Positions 44,192 through 60,729 of a stretch of DNA of 64,000 bases are shown one piece after another. A program made the translations under genes and the position numbers. The DNA is from the human T2T-CHM13v2.0 reference genome, Homo sapiens: assembly GCF_009914755.1 (NCBI RefSeq), contig NC_060939.1; one strand, given 5' to 3'. Each line of letters opens with the position of its first letter. Positions within the stretch are counted from its first letter, which is position 1. The notes beneath the pieces are model-generated. The model was not told where the DNA came from and searched no databases. It worked only from the letters and a program-made list of their open reading frames with translations.

Positions 44192-45322
44192 TGTTGATCT
44201 AAAAAGAAGAGACTGAGGCACAAAATATAATTTATTTATTTACACTTATAGACAAGGTCTTGCTCTGTTACCCAGGCTGGAGTGCAGTGGTGCGATAATG
44301 GCTCGCTGCAGCTTTGAACCCCTGGGCTCAAGGGATCCTTCCACCTCAGCCTCCCGAGTAGTTGAGACAAGTATGGGCCAGTGCTTCCAGCACAAAATAT
44401 AATTTAAAGAATGTACTTGCGCCAAAGTGAGGACAGCTTCCAGGAAGACTCAGACTCAGTTAACCTTGGATGTGAGCTCTGTTTGGCCTTTGTTACAAGC
44501 AGGTTTTGTTTTTGTTTTGTTTTTGGATGGGGTCTCACACTGTTGCCCAGGGTGGAGTACAGTGCCACAGTCATGGCTCACTTCAGCCTCAAACTCCTTG
44601 GCTCAAGTGACCCTCCCACCTCAGCCTTGTAAGTAGCTGGGACTACAGGTGTGCATCACCATGCCTGGATAATTTTTTAATATTTTGTAGAGATGGGAAT
44701 CTTGCTATGTTTCCCATGCTGGTCTCGAACTCCTGGCCTTAAGGGATCCTCCTGCCTCTGCCTCCCAAAGCACTGGGATCACAAGCATGGCGTGAGTCAC
44801 TGCACTGGGCCACAAGCAGATTTATTTATTTATTTATTTATTTTTGAGATGGAGTCTCGCTCTGTCACCCAGGCTAGAGTCCAGTGGCGTGATCTCGGCT
44901 TGCTGCAACTTCTGCCTCCCAGGTTCAAGAAATCCTCTGCCTCAGCCTCCCAAGTAGCTGGGACTACATGTGTGCACCATCATGCCCAACTAATTTTTGT
45001 ATTTTCAGTAGAGACGGAGTTTCGCCATGTTGGCCAGGCTAGTCTCAAACTCCTGGCCTCAAGCGAATGGCCCACCTTGGCCTCCCAAACACAAGCAGAC
45101 TTTTAAAGACAAAAATGAGGTACAGTGACTACAGAGTGTGGGCTACAGTGTCCAGTGAGGCATTGTTACATTAATTTACAGCTACCTGTGGCAACGGCAA
45201 GCAGTTTTAAGAGACGAATACATAGCTCAAGAGGGTACAGTTGCTGTCTCATGCTAATGCCTCTCTGGGCCTGATGATTTAAAAGGACTCACATTCCTCA
45301 GATAAAAATTATTTTTCCCTTA
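44192..45322 (-). mobile_element. MER49-like ERV1 LTR interrupted by three antisense Alus (~44235-44390, ~44505-44811, ~44821-45090)
   Basis: TCTCTGGGCCTGATGATTTAAAAGGACTCACATTCCTCAGATAAAA; first Alu TSD GCACAAAATATAATTTA. Confidence 0.7.
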
Positions 45323-46242
45323 ATCCCTTCTTGTAACTCCTCCATCCGCATGGAAAAGTACTCATTTTCTTACCCTGATTCTTCACAGATGTCTCTTCCA
45401 CAGTGGCATCTGCTTAACTTTCTTCTACCTCTGCACTCTCTTCCCCAGAGACGTGGTCTACCTCCACAGCTTCAATCATCACTTCTACCTCAAAAATGCT
45501 GCCCTCCTCTGGGGAACCAGCTTCAAACTAGCATTGCTGTCCTCTTCCTCCAGCCCTCCTCCCGGAGGTCCCGCAGCAACCTTACTCATGTGATCACCCT
45601 TGCAAAGGTGCCTCTCACTCTAGATTAGCTCTGATTATAGAACCATCTCTGCCCTGTAAGACTCATGGCCATATGTGATACCCACCCCCTATCTGTGCTA
45701 TTATGACAGATATATATTTGGTTTTCATCAAGGATTCCCAGCTCTCAGCCCCAGTAGCCCTTGTTATTTCCTAAGTGACTAGTACAGTAAGAATATTTTT
45801 TGCTAAAGTATTTGGATTTTTGGTTTTGGTTCCTAAAGTAGCTCCTGAAGGATAAAGGTGAAAGACAATCTTTTACTATTTACAAGTCCTTTCAAATACA
45901 TCTGAGCTTATGTGAATGAGGCAATGTTTGGAAAGTCCCTGAAACCACTGGATGGGGGTTGGTTGCCAGAGGAAGCAGCTTTGTGCTTAAAGGGTTGGGA
46001 CTTTCAGCCTCACCCACCAACCTCCAGGGAAGGGACAGGGCCAGTGGCTTCCTCAATCATGCCTACAAAATGAAACCTCCAGAAAAACCCAAAAGGACAG
46101 GGTTTGGAGAATTTCCAGATGGTTGAACATGTGGAGGTTCCTGGAGGGTGGTGCTCCAGGGAAGACCTAGAAGCTCTGTTCCCTTCCACACACCTGACCC
46201 TATATGTCACTTCATCCACATTCTTTGTAATATCCTTTAAAA

Positions 46243-47335
46243 TGTGAAAGGAAAATAAATCTTGAAACCCAAAAATCACTAAGCTAAAAGGGAAAGTCGA
46301 GCTCGGAATGGCTTAGGGTAAACCTGCCTCCCGTTGTATTCCAAAAAAAAAGATAGCTACTAATGTCAGAGGCGTGTGAACCAGAGCAACTCCGTCTTAA
46401 ATAGGAACTAGGTAAAATGAGGCTGAGACCTACTGGGCTGCATTCCCAGATGGTTAAGGCATTCTAAAGTCACAGGATGAGATAGGAGCTCAGCACAAGA
46501 TACAGGTCATAAAGACCTTGCTGATAAAACAGTTTGCAGTAAAAAGCCAGCCAAAACCCACCAAAATCAAGATGGCCACAAGAGTGACCTTTGGCTGGCC
46601 TCACTGCTACATTCCCACTGGTGCCATGACAGTTTCCAAATGCCATGGCAACGTCAGGAAGTTACCCTATATGGTCTAAAAAGGGGAGGCATGAATAATC
46701 CACCCCTTGTTTAGCATAGCATCAAGAAATGCCCATAAAAATGGGCAACCAGCAACCCTCAGAGCTGTTCTGCCTATGGAGTAGCCATTCTTTCATTCCT
46801 TTACTTTCTTAACAAACTTGATTTCACTTTACTGTATGGACTCACCCTGAATTCTTTCTTAGGCAAGATCCAAGAACTCTCTCTTGGGGTCTGGATCCGG
46901 ATCCCTTTCCTGTAACACTAAGATTAAAAAAAAAAGTTACATACCTCTGTCACAATTTGTGGGCAAAGGCAAGACAGAGCTCAAAGTCACCCCTCTGCTC
47001 ACTGAGATAAATGCATATCGGATTGCTTCCTTTGGAGAGGCTAATCAGAAACTCAAAAGAATACAACCATTTGTCTCTTATCTACCTATGACCTGGAAGC
47101 CCCCACCCCGCTTCAGTGGTCCCGCCTTTCTGGATTGAACCAATGTACATCTTGCATATATTGATTGATATCTCATGTCTCCCTAAAATGTATAAAACCA
47201 AGCTCGCCCCAACCAAGCTTGGGCACATGTCATCAGGACCTCTTGAGGCTGTGTCATGGGTGTGTTCTTAACCTTGGCAAAATAAAGTACTTCCTAAACT
47301 GATTGAGACATGTCTCAGATACTTTTTGGTTTACA
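46243..47335 (+). mobile_element. MER4A-type solo LTR (middle of the nest)
   Basis: TGTGAAAGGAAAATAAATCT...TTGGTTTACA; TSD AAAA/ATAA. Confidence 0.85.
46364..46917 (+). mobile_element. MER41A-type solo LTR (innermost)
   Basis: TGTCAGAGGCG...CCTGTAACA; TSD CTAA; lacks the GAS-bearing segment. Confidence 0.9.
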
Positions 47336-48071
47336 ATAATAAACTGGTTATAGAGTTCATAAGCCACTCTAGCAAATTATTCAAAACCAAGGAGGGGGTC
47401 ATGGGAATCCCAATTTATAGCCAGTCAGTCAGAAGCGCAGGTAAAATAATCTGGGGCTTGCAACTGGCATTTGATATGGGGCCAGTCTTGTGGGACTGAG
47501 CCCTCACCCTGTGGGATCTGATGCTGTCTCCAGGTAGACCATGTCAGAATTGAAGTAGAGAACACCCAGGTGGTATCTGCCACAGCACTGCTTGCTTGCT
47601 TGGTGTGGGCGGGAAATGCGCTGCAGTATTTGTGAGCGCCCCCCGCCCCGGTCCCCTGCTCTTGACATTTGGTCACAGAAGTCTTCTGTATGGATTGTCG
47701 TGGGATGAGAAAATAGAAAAAACACATTGGGTTTGTTATTTCCACACTCCACCCCCATGGAGTTAGTGTATGAATCTTATTGTTGATTCTTCTTTCTTAA
47801 TCTCTTGCAAAACTCTCCTCTTCTCTCCATCCTTTTGTCAATGTTTGAGTCAGGCTCTATCTCTCATTTGGTTTGTTGCAATGGCCTCCTATCTTCACTG
47901 TCCCCATCTCTAATCCATGCTTCACACTACTGCTCCTGCCATATATTCAAAACACATGCTATTTCCTTGTTGAAAATCCCAAATAGGTTCTCATTGTCTA
48001 GAGAGCAGGTCCAGGCACTGCCCCTGCATTTTCTTACCCCTCCATAATTTTGTCTCAATGTGGAATACCTA

Positions 48072-48685
48072 TGTAAACCAAAAATAAAATTCTAAGCCCC
48101 CCGAACATGTGAATGGACCCCTGCTCTTGGCAAGGGCATTTCAAAGCTAACTTGAAAAACTAGCTCAGGTCATGATGGGCAGGGGCCGTCTGACATGCCT
48201 CATTATACCCTCCTGCCTTTTGGAATTACTGATAAAACAGACTCTTTACGTCTGACAGGTAACATTTACAATGTATTCTCTCTGAAGCCTGCTACCCCGA
48301 GGCTTCACCTGCATGATAAAACTGTGGATTCCACACCCTCAATCTTGACCCAGACATTCCTAAGTTTTAGACAATAACAACTATTTCAACCAATTGCCAA
48401 TCAGAAAAATTTTAAATCTGCCCTTAACCTGGTAGTCCCTCCCTCATCCCAATGCCCCATTTTGAGTTGTCCCACCTTTCTGGACTGAACCAATGTACAT
48501 CTCACGTGTATTTGATTGATGTCCTATATCTCCCTAAAATGTAAATGAAACTAAGTTGTACCCCAACCACCTTGGGCACATGTTCTCAGGATCTCCTGAG
48601 GGCTGTGTCATGGTTCATTGGGCACTCATATTTGGCTATAATAAATCTCTTCAAATATTTTAGAGTTTGACTCTTTTCATAGACA
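48072..48685 (+). mobile_element. MER4B/D-type solo LTR
   Basis: TGTAAACCAAAAATAAAATTCTAAG...AGACA; TSD CCTA. Confidence 0.85.
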
Positions 48686-48785
48686 CCTAGTTTTACCTTA
48701 TACCTCTTAGCCCCACCTTCAATACTTCCTAGAGCAATTTGTCAATCTATTTGTCATTATTGACTTTCTACCACATCCACCTCCT

Positions 48786-49177
48786 GTTAAGCCAAGTTTA
48801 GCCTAAAGCTGCCTCCTTACATACATATTTTAAGTTTGGCCCAAAGGTTTTTCTGTACATTGTGAACTATAACAAGTGGAGGTGTAAACAGACCACAGCC
48901 TACACTTGCGCCAGTCACCTGGTTTTGGCCAATCAAATGTAGCCAACTGTTCGAACTGTGTTCAAATAAGGCAATGCCACCATGTAACCAACCCAGCTGT
49001 TTCTGTACCTCACTTTCTTTTTCTGCACATCACTTCCTTTTTCTATCCATAAATCTTCCACCATGTGGCTGCACGGGAGTCTCAGAGTCTACTCTGGCTT
49101 GGGAGGCTGCCTGTGAATCGTTCATTGCTCAATTAAACTCCTTTAAATTTAATTAGGCTGAAGTTTTTCTTTTATCA
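48786..49177 (+). mobile_element. MER57A-type solo LTR
   Basis: AGTTTAGCCTAAAGCTGCCTCCTTACATA. Confidence 0.8.
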
Positions 49178-49179
49178 CT

Positions 49180-49558
<379 letters not shown>

Positions 49559-49637
49559 TTATGTTCTGTGACTCTTTGAAGGTCGCAAACCCTGTAATAT
49601 CTAAGATCATTTTGTCCCTGCCAAAAAACAGTTTTCT

Positions 49638-49935
49638 GCCAGGCGTGGCGGCTCATGCCTGTAATCCCAACATTTTGGGAGGCCAAGGCGAGAGGATCGC
49701 TTGAGGCCAGGAGTTCCAGACCAGCCCAAGCAACATAGCGAGACCTCCATCTCTATAAGAAATGTTTTAAAACTTAGTGGGGTGTGGTGGCACATGCCCA
49801 TAGTCCCAGCTACTTGGGAGGCTGAGGTGGGAGGATTGTCTGAATGCAGGAAAGTCGAGGCTGCAGTGAGCTGAGGTTGCACCACTGCACTCCAGCCTGG
49901 GTGACAAAGTGAGATCCTGTCTCAAAGAAAAAGAA
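49638..49935 (+). mobile_element. AluJ
   Basis: Full Alu. Confidence 0.9.
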
Positions 49936-50320
49936 GAACCAGTTTTATACCCTTGAAGACAATATTACTCCCTGCCCCCATATCTGCCACTGAGAATGCA
50001 CATCCTAGAGAGAATACGAACTTTGGAATCAGAACCAGACTCAAATTTCTGCTCTGAGATGTGTAAGCTGTGTGATATGTGACATGAAAAAGTTGTTCAG
50101 TGTTCTCTCTGATCTTCAATGTTCCCTGTGCTGGCAGCTAAGATATTCAGTGAGACCGCATTACAGCCCAACTTCCCTTCTGCCCAATCCTGCTTTCCTT
50201 TTTTCCCTTTCCCATCAACAGATGTTGATGCCAAGGTCACTCCCTGATAAACTTCCTGCATGTTGATCTCTAGCTCAGAGAGTCTGCTTTCTGGGGCACA
50301 GCCTTTCACAGTGCCCTGTT

Positions 50321-51300
<980 letters not shown>

Positions 51301-51729
51301 TGTTTACTACTGCCTGGCACAGAGGTAGGGCTCCATAAATGTGAATTCTCTCCTTCCTGATTCTGACCAAGATTCCTGGGTTGCCACTTACATTGCTTGT
51401 TGGTACACACTCTGGACACTTTCATCTGCTCAAAAGTCACCTTCTTGAAGCCTTTTCTGACTGACTACTTTCCCAGGGGTGGAGAGTAACTACTTCCTTG
51501 ATGCCCCATAGCATTTCCTATTTGCCTCAGTTAACGTGTCACTGTACTGGCTCAGCACAGACATGGATTGCTGAGTGAACAGGAAGTTCTGCCTGTCTAG
51601 CAGGATAATTTTCTGTTGTCAGAAGCTGGGTCCACCACCTGCCTGGTGCCTATCCCAGGGCAAAGAATACGTATCATTTCTGGATTCCTGGCCCTGCCCC
51701 ACTTTGTTTATAATGTCCCAAAACACCTA

Positions 51730-52175
<446 letters not shown>

Positions 52176-52321
52176 AATGATAACATTAAACTTTGCTTTT
52201 AGTGATCTTCAAGGGAGCAACCTGCAAGGGTTATGGCAGTCCTTTTCAAACTGGTCCACACAATGGAATTACTTAGTCCCTCCATCAGAGACTGGGATTT
52301 CTGATCTAGAGTATGACCAAG

Positions 52322-52706
52322 TGTATTAGTCTGCTCTCACACTGCTATAAAGAACTACTGGAGACTTGGAAATTTATAAAGAAAAGAGGCTTAATTGACT
52401 CACAGTTCTGCAGGCTGTATAGAAGTCATGGCTGGGATGGCCTCAGGAAACTTACAATCATGGCAGAAGGGCGAAGGGGAAGCAAGTACGTCTTCACATG
52501 GTGGTAGGAGAGAGAGAAGTGGGAAGTGCTACACTGTTTTAAACAACTAGATCTTGTGAAAATTCACTAGAAATATCACAAGAACACTAAGGGGGAAATC
52601 GCCCTCATGATCCAATCACCTCCCACCAGGTCCCTCCCCCAACACTGGGAATTACTGTACAATTTGACATGAGATTTGGGTGGAGACACAGAGCCAAACC
52701 ACATCA
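52322..52706 (-). mobile_element. MSTA/B solo LTR
   Basis: TGTATTAGTC...CCAAACCACATCA; TSD CCAAG/CCAGG. Confidence 0.9.
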
Positions 52707-53034
52707 CCAGGGTTTTGGAAGTTTTAAAGATACTCAGATAGTTTTGATTTGCAGACAAGCTTGGGAACCACTGGGTTGTGGGATTGCTGGATATTGACAA
52801 AATGGAGATAGTGAGTATAGACCACCCTTCTCAAAAGAGCTTGGCAGTGAAGAGATAAAAGTGCACAGAAGGTAGGAGATAAGAGGATACCAGGAAGGTG
52901 AGGGTTTATTTGTTTACAATATGGATAACTTGAGAATCCTTATCAGCTGAAGGGAAAAATCCAGAAAGCAGTGGAGACTGAAGCTTCTAGAATAATCCCT
53001 AGAGGTGATGGGTCTGTGGCACTAATGAAGAGAT

Positions 53035-53197
53035 TTATTTTATTTTTTATTTTTGAGTCAGGGTCTCTGTGTCACCCAGGCTAGAGTTCAGTGGCACGCT
53101 CATGGCTCACTGCAGCCTTGGATTCCTGGGCTCAAGCAATCCTCCCACCTCCGCTTCCCAAAGTTCTGGGATTACGGGTGGGAGCCACCACCCCCAG
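53035..53197 (-). mobile_element. Alu monomer
   Basis: Antisense monomer. Confidence 0.8.
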
Positions 53198-54574
53198 CAA
53201 CAAGCAGATGCCTTAAAAAGACACCTCTCCAAGGCACTGGGGGCATCCTTCCCAAACCAGATAGGATTATTACCTTCCTAAATACCCCAATGTCTGTTGC
53301 CTACAAAATGAAATAAAAACTCTTTAGTGTAGCATAGAAGGCATTAACAAATAAAATGCATTTTTATTCTCCAACATGCCAAATGTAATTATGTTCATCA
53401 TAGAAAAACTAGAAACCACAAGGGAATAAAAATAAGTAGATAGACATTACCCACAGTCTTACAGCTAACGACAACTGCTCCCAATATTTGGAGATACTTC
53501 CAATATTTCTTCCCACTGAACATCTTTTGTTGGTTGTAGGACATAGCTGGGATCACACTATAAGCATATCCAAGAAACCAGTGCAATTTCTGGCAGCATT
53601 AATAGAAACCATGTGGAATAAAGAACAGAATGGTACCCCTTTGCTCTGCTCTTGTCAGTGTGGACACTGACTTTGTGCTGCTCTGTGGAGTGTGAAGTTT
53701 GAGTCTGAGTACCCTTTTAAGAGGAGGACCAATGAAGTGGATCACATGGAGGAAGGGAACAAGCAATATGAGGCCTCTGTTAATTTAGTTTCAACTTCGG
53801 ATTTTCTTTTCATCTCCTGCCATCCTGCCATATCTGGCTCTAAACCCATGCAAGCCATATCACCTGTTGGTTTCCCAGGCATCCAAACATTTACACTCAT
53901 CTGTGTCCTCTGCACACTTCCCTTTGCTTTGAATTGCCCCTTCTTCCTCCAAAGTCCAGCTCTGAGAAGGCGTCTACCAGAGGCCCCACAATGAAATAAA
54001 TCATTCTGTGTTCTCAGAGCACTTTCAGTATTTCTTATATTACTGCTACCATACAAGTTACAGAATAAGCATGAGAGTTATTTTCGTATGGGTGTCTCTC
54101 CCTGAGAACAACACCGTGGCTGATTCAACTTTATGACTCTTTCATAAACCCTGCACAGTTCCTGGAAAATAGTCTATTTATTTATATTTATTACATTCTA
54201 CCTGGTTATAGGAATAAGTTAAGAAAGCTTACAAGGATACTTGAAATGTAAGCTCACATAAATTATATGTCGGGTTTTTTTAAGGTAAAAAACAGAAAGA
54301 CAACAAAGTAAAATTTTTTTAAAAAAGCTATGATTGCAGATGATTACAATCACACCAGTCTCAAGAGGGGCAGCACTTGGCTCTGGGCTCTCTAGCAGTT
54401 AAAATGAAAGGGTCAACTTCCGGGCCATACAAGTCACAATGTCCATGGTTGGATGTGGGTAGGTGAGAGCAGGACAATTAATTACTCAACGCTTTTTGGC
54501 ATCAAGATAAAATAGAAATTTCTCCTAAGGAATCCTAATGAAGAGGACTTCATTTGGCATGATAAAAAACGTTT

Positions 54575-55095
54575 TTGTTTCAGTTTTCTAATGCTACATA
54601 AGAAACTGCTCCAAAGATTGGTGGCTAAGATGACAATTTATTCTTATTATTCATGGTTCTGAGGGTTGATAGGCTTAACTAGGTGGTTCTCACTTGGGAT
54701 CTTTCATAAGGTTGTGGTCAGATGGCAGCTGAAGCTGATCATTCACTTGAATGTCTGATACCTGGGCTGGAACAACTGGAGAATCGGGGAGGTTGATCAG
54801 ACACTCTCAATGCAGACCTTCCATTTGGATAACTTGAACTTCTTCACAGCATGCCAGCTGGTTTTCCCCAGAGGAAGCATATCAAGAGAGTCAGACAGAA
54901 GCTGGGAAGCTTTGTAGGATATAGGCTTGGAAGTCTCACAGAACCACTTCAACTACATTCTGTTAATGAAAGCAGTCACAGGCAAACCCAATCTCAAGCA
55001 AGTAGAGGAATAGAATACATCTCTCAATGGGGAAATTGCTTGTAAAGGGAGGGAAGGAATTAGCAGAGGCCATCTTGGAGACAAGCTACCATAAT
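54575..55095 (-). mobile_element. MLT1 (old MaLR) LTR
   Basis: TCAGTTTTCTAATGCTACATAA start; GGCCATCTTGGAGACAAGCTACCA end. Confidence 0.65.
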
Positions 55096-55121
55096 TCTAA
55101 ACATGTTCAAAATATATGTAA

Positions 55122-55444
<323 letters not shown>

Positions 55445-55646
55445 CATAGACTATTTCTTATACCATACTTTCAGCATAGTCTGTGACACTGATTTATTCA
55501 TAAATCTATGCTTTCATTCAACAAATAGTTATGAAGTATTTTCAGTGAGAGGTAGTATACAGCAGTGGTTAAAAGCAAGGGTGAATCTAGGCTTTTCCAC
55601 TTATTAGTGGTGTGACCTCAGAAGTTACTTTATTTCACTGTGTCAG

Positions 55647-56004
55647 TGATATAATTTGGCTGTGTCCCCACCCAAATTTCATCTTGAATTGTAGCTCCCA
55701 TAATTCCCTGGTGTTGTGGGAGGGACCCAGTGAGAGATAACTGAATCATGGGGGTGGTTTCCCCCATAGTGTTCTCATGGTAGCGAATACGTCTCACCAC
55801 ATCTGATGGTTTAATAAGGGGAAACCCCTTTGCTTGGCTCTCATTCTCTTGTCTGCCGCCATGTGAGACGTGCCTTTTGTCCTCCACCATGATTATGAGG
55901 CCTCCCCAGCCACATGGAACTGTGAGTCCATTAAAACTCTTTGTTTTGTAAATTGCCCAGTCTCAGGTATGTCTTTATCGGCAGTGTGAAAACGGACTAA
56001 TACA
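55647..56004 (+). mobile_element. THE1D-like solo LTR inserted in a MIR
   Basis: TGATATAATTTGGCTGTG...CTAATACA; TSD GTCAG/GTCAA. Confidence 0.9.
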
Positions 56005-57389
56005 GTCAATTTCTTCATCTACAAATGGAAAGAAACAGTAATGTATACATCAGAAAGATTGTTCTGAGGGCAAACTGAGCTAACAACTGTAAAGTACATG
56101 TATTAATCTGTGAGCACAGTAAGTTCTCAACAAGTGTTAGCTTCTATAATTACCATCAGCACCATTATCACCATTGCATGCCAGGTACTATGTTTTCCAG
56201 AGCACAAAGCAAATTTAGTAAGAAGGAATTTTCTGGAAACAGGCAAAAATGCTGTGGTCTGTTTCTCTCTGCTGCATACTCAGAACTGCCAATAGAGAAA
56301 GCAGCATACATTTGGTGAGCAATTTCTATGTGCCAAGTGCTGAATACTACACACACATATTTCCTTCAATTTTCACAAAGCCCTAAGAAACAAAGGAACA
56401 GACAGATTAGGTCATGGGCCCAAGTCTACCTAGCTGGTAACAGAAAGAGCTGGAATTTGAACCCAGGTTCTTAGTCATTACTTACTTAGCCTGTCAAAAG
56501 GGTAAAAGGTAGTCTTCACAAAACTTTTATTAGGGGCCAGAATTGAGTCATGTGCTGCTGAAGTGCTTGTACTCATAACCCTGGACTTCTTATCAGTTTA
56601 CAAGGTATTTTCTCTCAAAAGGTGTTGTCATCCTTTTTACAGATAGGGAAGCTGAAGTTCACAGAAGTGGTTTGCCCAAGGTGGCAGAACCAGGATTCAA
56701 ATCCAGACCTACTATAGTCTAAATCCCAAGCTCCTCCACTGAACCAAGCTGCCTCTTATTCTATTAAACTTAGTAATAGAAAAGCAGTTTTTAAAAATGA
56801 TGTGATCTGGGTATCCAGCTCTTTACTGATCTACATGGCACAGAGTAGATGCTCAATAATATTTTGTTACATATTTGTTCTGTCCAGAGAAGGGGATTAG
56901 CAAAGTGGGCACAGCAGAAGCCGAAGAAGTATGGGCATGGAGGCGGGTTGCAGTTTAAAGTGGCAACAGAGCATTCTAGATATGATTTACTGCAAAGTCA
57001 AGGTCAGGAAGAACATTCTGGACTGTCAGGTCAAGGAGGTACTAATTAATAAGAATCTAGTAGGGGGTCAGTAGAAGAAAAGAAGAGTGGAGGAGTAGGA
57101 TGCTGTGGTCAGGGAAGGGGACTGCATCATCCTAGGAATGACGCAGTGCCACGTGATAACAAGGACAAGAGAGTGGCAATGTTAGGGGTAGTTCAGTAGA
57201 GAATAAGTAAAAGGGTCAGGAGAGATGAGGCAATACAGAACTGTGAGGTCAGGTTCTTTATCTGGGCATCCTCACTATGACTACTGCTGTCATCATTATG
57301 GAGAAGAAGGTAGAGAAGAGAGGAGAAGACAGTAAACCTGCTGCAAAAACCATCACAGAAGACAAAAGCACATCCTTGGGCTAAGCAAG

Positions 57390-57880
57390 TGTATTAGTCA
57401 GAGTTCTTCAGAGAAACTGAATCAATAGGAGAGACAGGGTGAGAGAGAGGAGGTTTATTATGGGAACTGGGTCACACAATCATGGAGACTGTGAAGTACC
57501 ATGATCTGCTGTCTGCAAGATGGCAGAACCAGGAAAGCCCGGGGTGTAATTTAGTCCAAGGGCCTGAACTAGGGGAGCTGATGGTGTCACTCTCAGTCTC
57601 AGGCCAAAGGCCTAGGAACTGGACAACAGTAGGTGGGGTGGAGGGACTGTTGATGGGAGAGAATCACTCTTTCTCTACCTTTTTGTTCTATCTGTGCCCC
57701 CAAGGGATTGGATGATGCCCTCCCACATTAATGAGGGTGAATCTTCTGCACTTAGTCTACTGATTCCAATGCTAGTCTCTTCCAGAAACACCCTCCCAGA
57801 TACAGCCAAAAATAATGTTTTACCAACTACCTGGGCATCCCCTAGCTCAGTCAAGCTGACATATGATATTAACTGTCACA
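57390..57880 (-). mobile_element. MLT2 (ERVL) solo LTR
   Basis: TGTATTAGTCAGAGTTCTTCAGAGAAAC...TTAACTGTCACA; TSD GCAAG/GCAGG. Confidence 0.85.
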
Positions 57881-58142
57881 GCAGGTACCAATATTGAGAA
57901 AGTTTACATAACCAGATCATTTGGATTGTAAAAGAGAGAGGGATATGAGAGGGAGAGAACGTTCTTGAGGGTGGGCATGGGCTGTCTTGTTCATCTTTGT
58001 ATTTTCTTCAGAAATTACCATATTTCTGGCTCATAGTAGGTCTTGGTAGAGCTTTGCTGAACTCAATTGTAATAACATTGTTTTGTTCTTATATTAATAG
58101 AAAATTACTTTATCTCTGAGATATTAATTTTAAAGTATCTTA

Positions 58143-58440
<298 letters not shown>

Positions 58441-58709
58441 ATACAGTTAACAAAATGTAAGAAGAACAATTAAATTTTTAAAAGAAATATTTTTAAAAAA
58501 GAAAAAATAAAGTATCTTAGAATAGCTAGAAGAACATTTTCATTATTTGTGAGTACTTTCCTCCTTTTTTGTGTGTTTTGCATAAAAATGGCCTTTATTA
58601 TTTTAGTGTTAATTACAAAAATAACACATGCTTAGAACTTACAGAATAGATGCATTCACAAGACACAACCATCAAACAAAAACAAATCTCCCATAATCTC
58701 ACTAGCCAG

Positions 58710-59113
58710 TGATATGGTTTAGATTTGTGTCTCTGCCAAATCTCATGCTGGAAGAGTAATGTAGTCCCCATTGTTGGAAGTGGGGCCTCGTGGGAGGTGT
58801 TTGGGTCATGGGGGCGGATCCCTCATGGCTTGGTGCTGTCCTTGCCATAGCGAGTGAGTGCCTGCAAGATCTGGTTCTTTAAAAGTGTGGCACCTTTCCC
58901 CATCTTTCTTGCTCCTGCTCCTGCCACATGAGAGAGCTATTCCCCCTTCACCTTCCACCATGATTGGGAGCTTCCTGAGGCCTCCTCAGAAGCAGACGAC
59001 AGCACTACGCTTCCTGTACGGCCTGCAGAACCATGAGCCAATTATACCTTTCTCCTTATAAATTACACAGTGTCAGGTATTTCTTTATAGCAATGCAAGA
59101 ATGACCTAATAAA
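58710..59113 (+). mobile_element. MSTB-like solo LTR within an antisense L1ME-type fragment (~58580-59800)
   Basis: TGATATGGTTTAGAT...CTAATAAA; TSD GCCAG/GTCAG. Confidence 0.85.
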
Positions 59114-60004
59114 GTCAGTGATAGTGTTCTTCAGGGCTTGAACTTTTAAAGTATATTTACATATTGCTGTATATACTTTGTGCTCTGTTTTCACTCAACA
59201 TATTGTGGATATTTTCGTACCATAGTAAATACGGTTCTTCAATTTCCATTTTAATGGCACATATCACTCTATTTTCTGTACTATTATTTACTTTAGTTTT
59301 TGGTGTTCTCAATTTTTTTTTGGCTATGATAAACAATGCTGTCATAAACATCCTAGTATTTAAAATCTATGTGAGAAATGAGTTATTTCCTTAGAGTAAC
59401 TTCCAATCTGAATTACTGGATTACCAGAAGGTATGTTGTTAAGCCTTTAGATATATATTGCCAAATTTCCTTCCAGAAAGTTATACGAATTAACACTCTT
59501 GCCAGAAAGTTGTATATGAGAGTGCCTGCACTCCAGCACCATGTCCAACAGAGTGCTAGTGGTCTTTATTCGTTTTCAGAAAAAGATCTTTTAGTTTGGG
59601 TCAATCGAAGGGGGTAAAAAATACAGTTTTTCAAATTTGCTTTTTTAAAACTAATGACTCTAAACATTTTTTCATATGCTTATTGGCCATCTGTACTCCT
59701 TTTTATAAAATGCTTGGTCATTTATTCTGACAATTTTTCTCCAGTGGGGTGTTTGACTTTAAAAAAAAAAATGAATTTGTAGCAAATATTTTTGCCCAGT
59801 TTGTCAAAATCCTGAAGATTAAAAAATATGTAAATTTTATTATGAAAATTTTCAAACATATACACAAGTAGAGAACAGTATATCAACCCCCCATATACCC
59901 ATCAACCCATGATTCAACGATTATCAACTCATGGCCAATCAATCTTGTTTCTTGTCTATCTTCCTTCCTCACCCTCTCCTCACATTATTTGATTTGATTT
60001 GATT

Positions 60005-60729
<725 letters not shown>

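Larger units (their letters stand above)
45700..47745 (+). mobile_element. MER21-family LTR (outer host of a triple nest)
   Basis: ATATATATTTGGTTTTC start; TATCCTTT|ATAATAAACTGG junction restored when the insert is removed. Confidence 0.8.
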
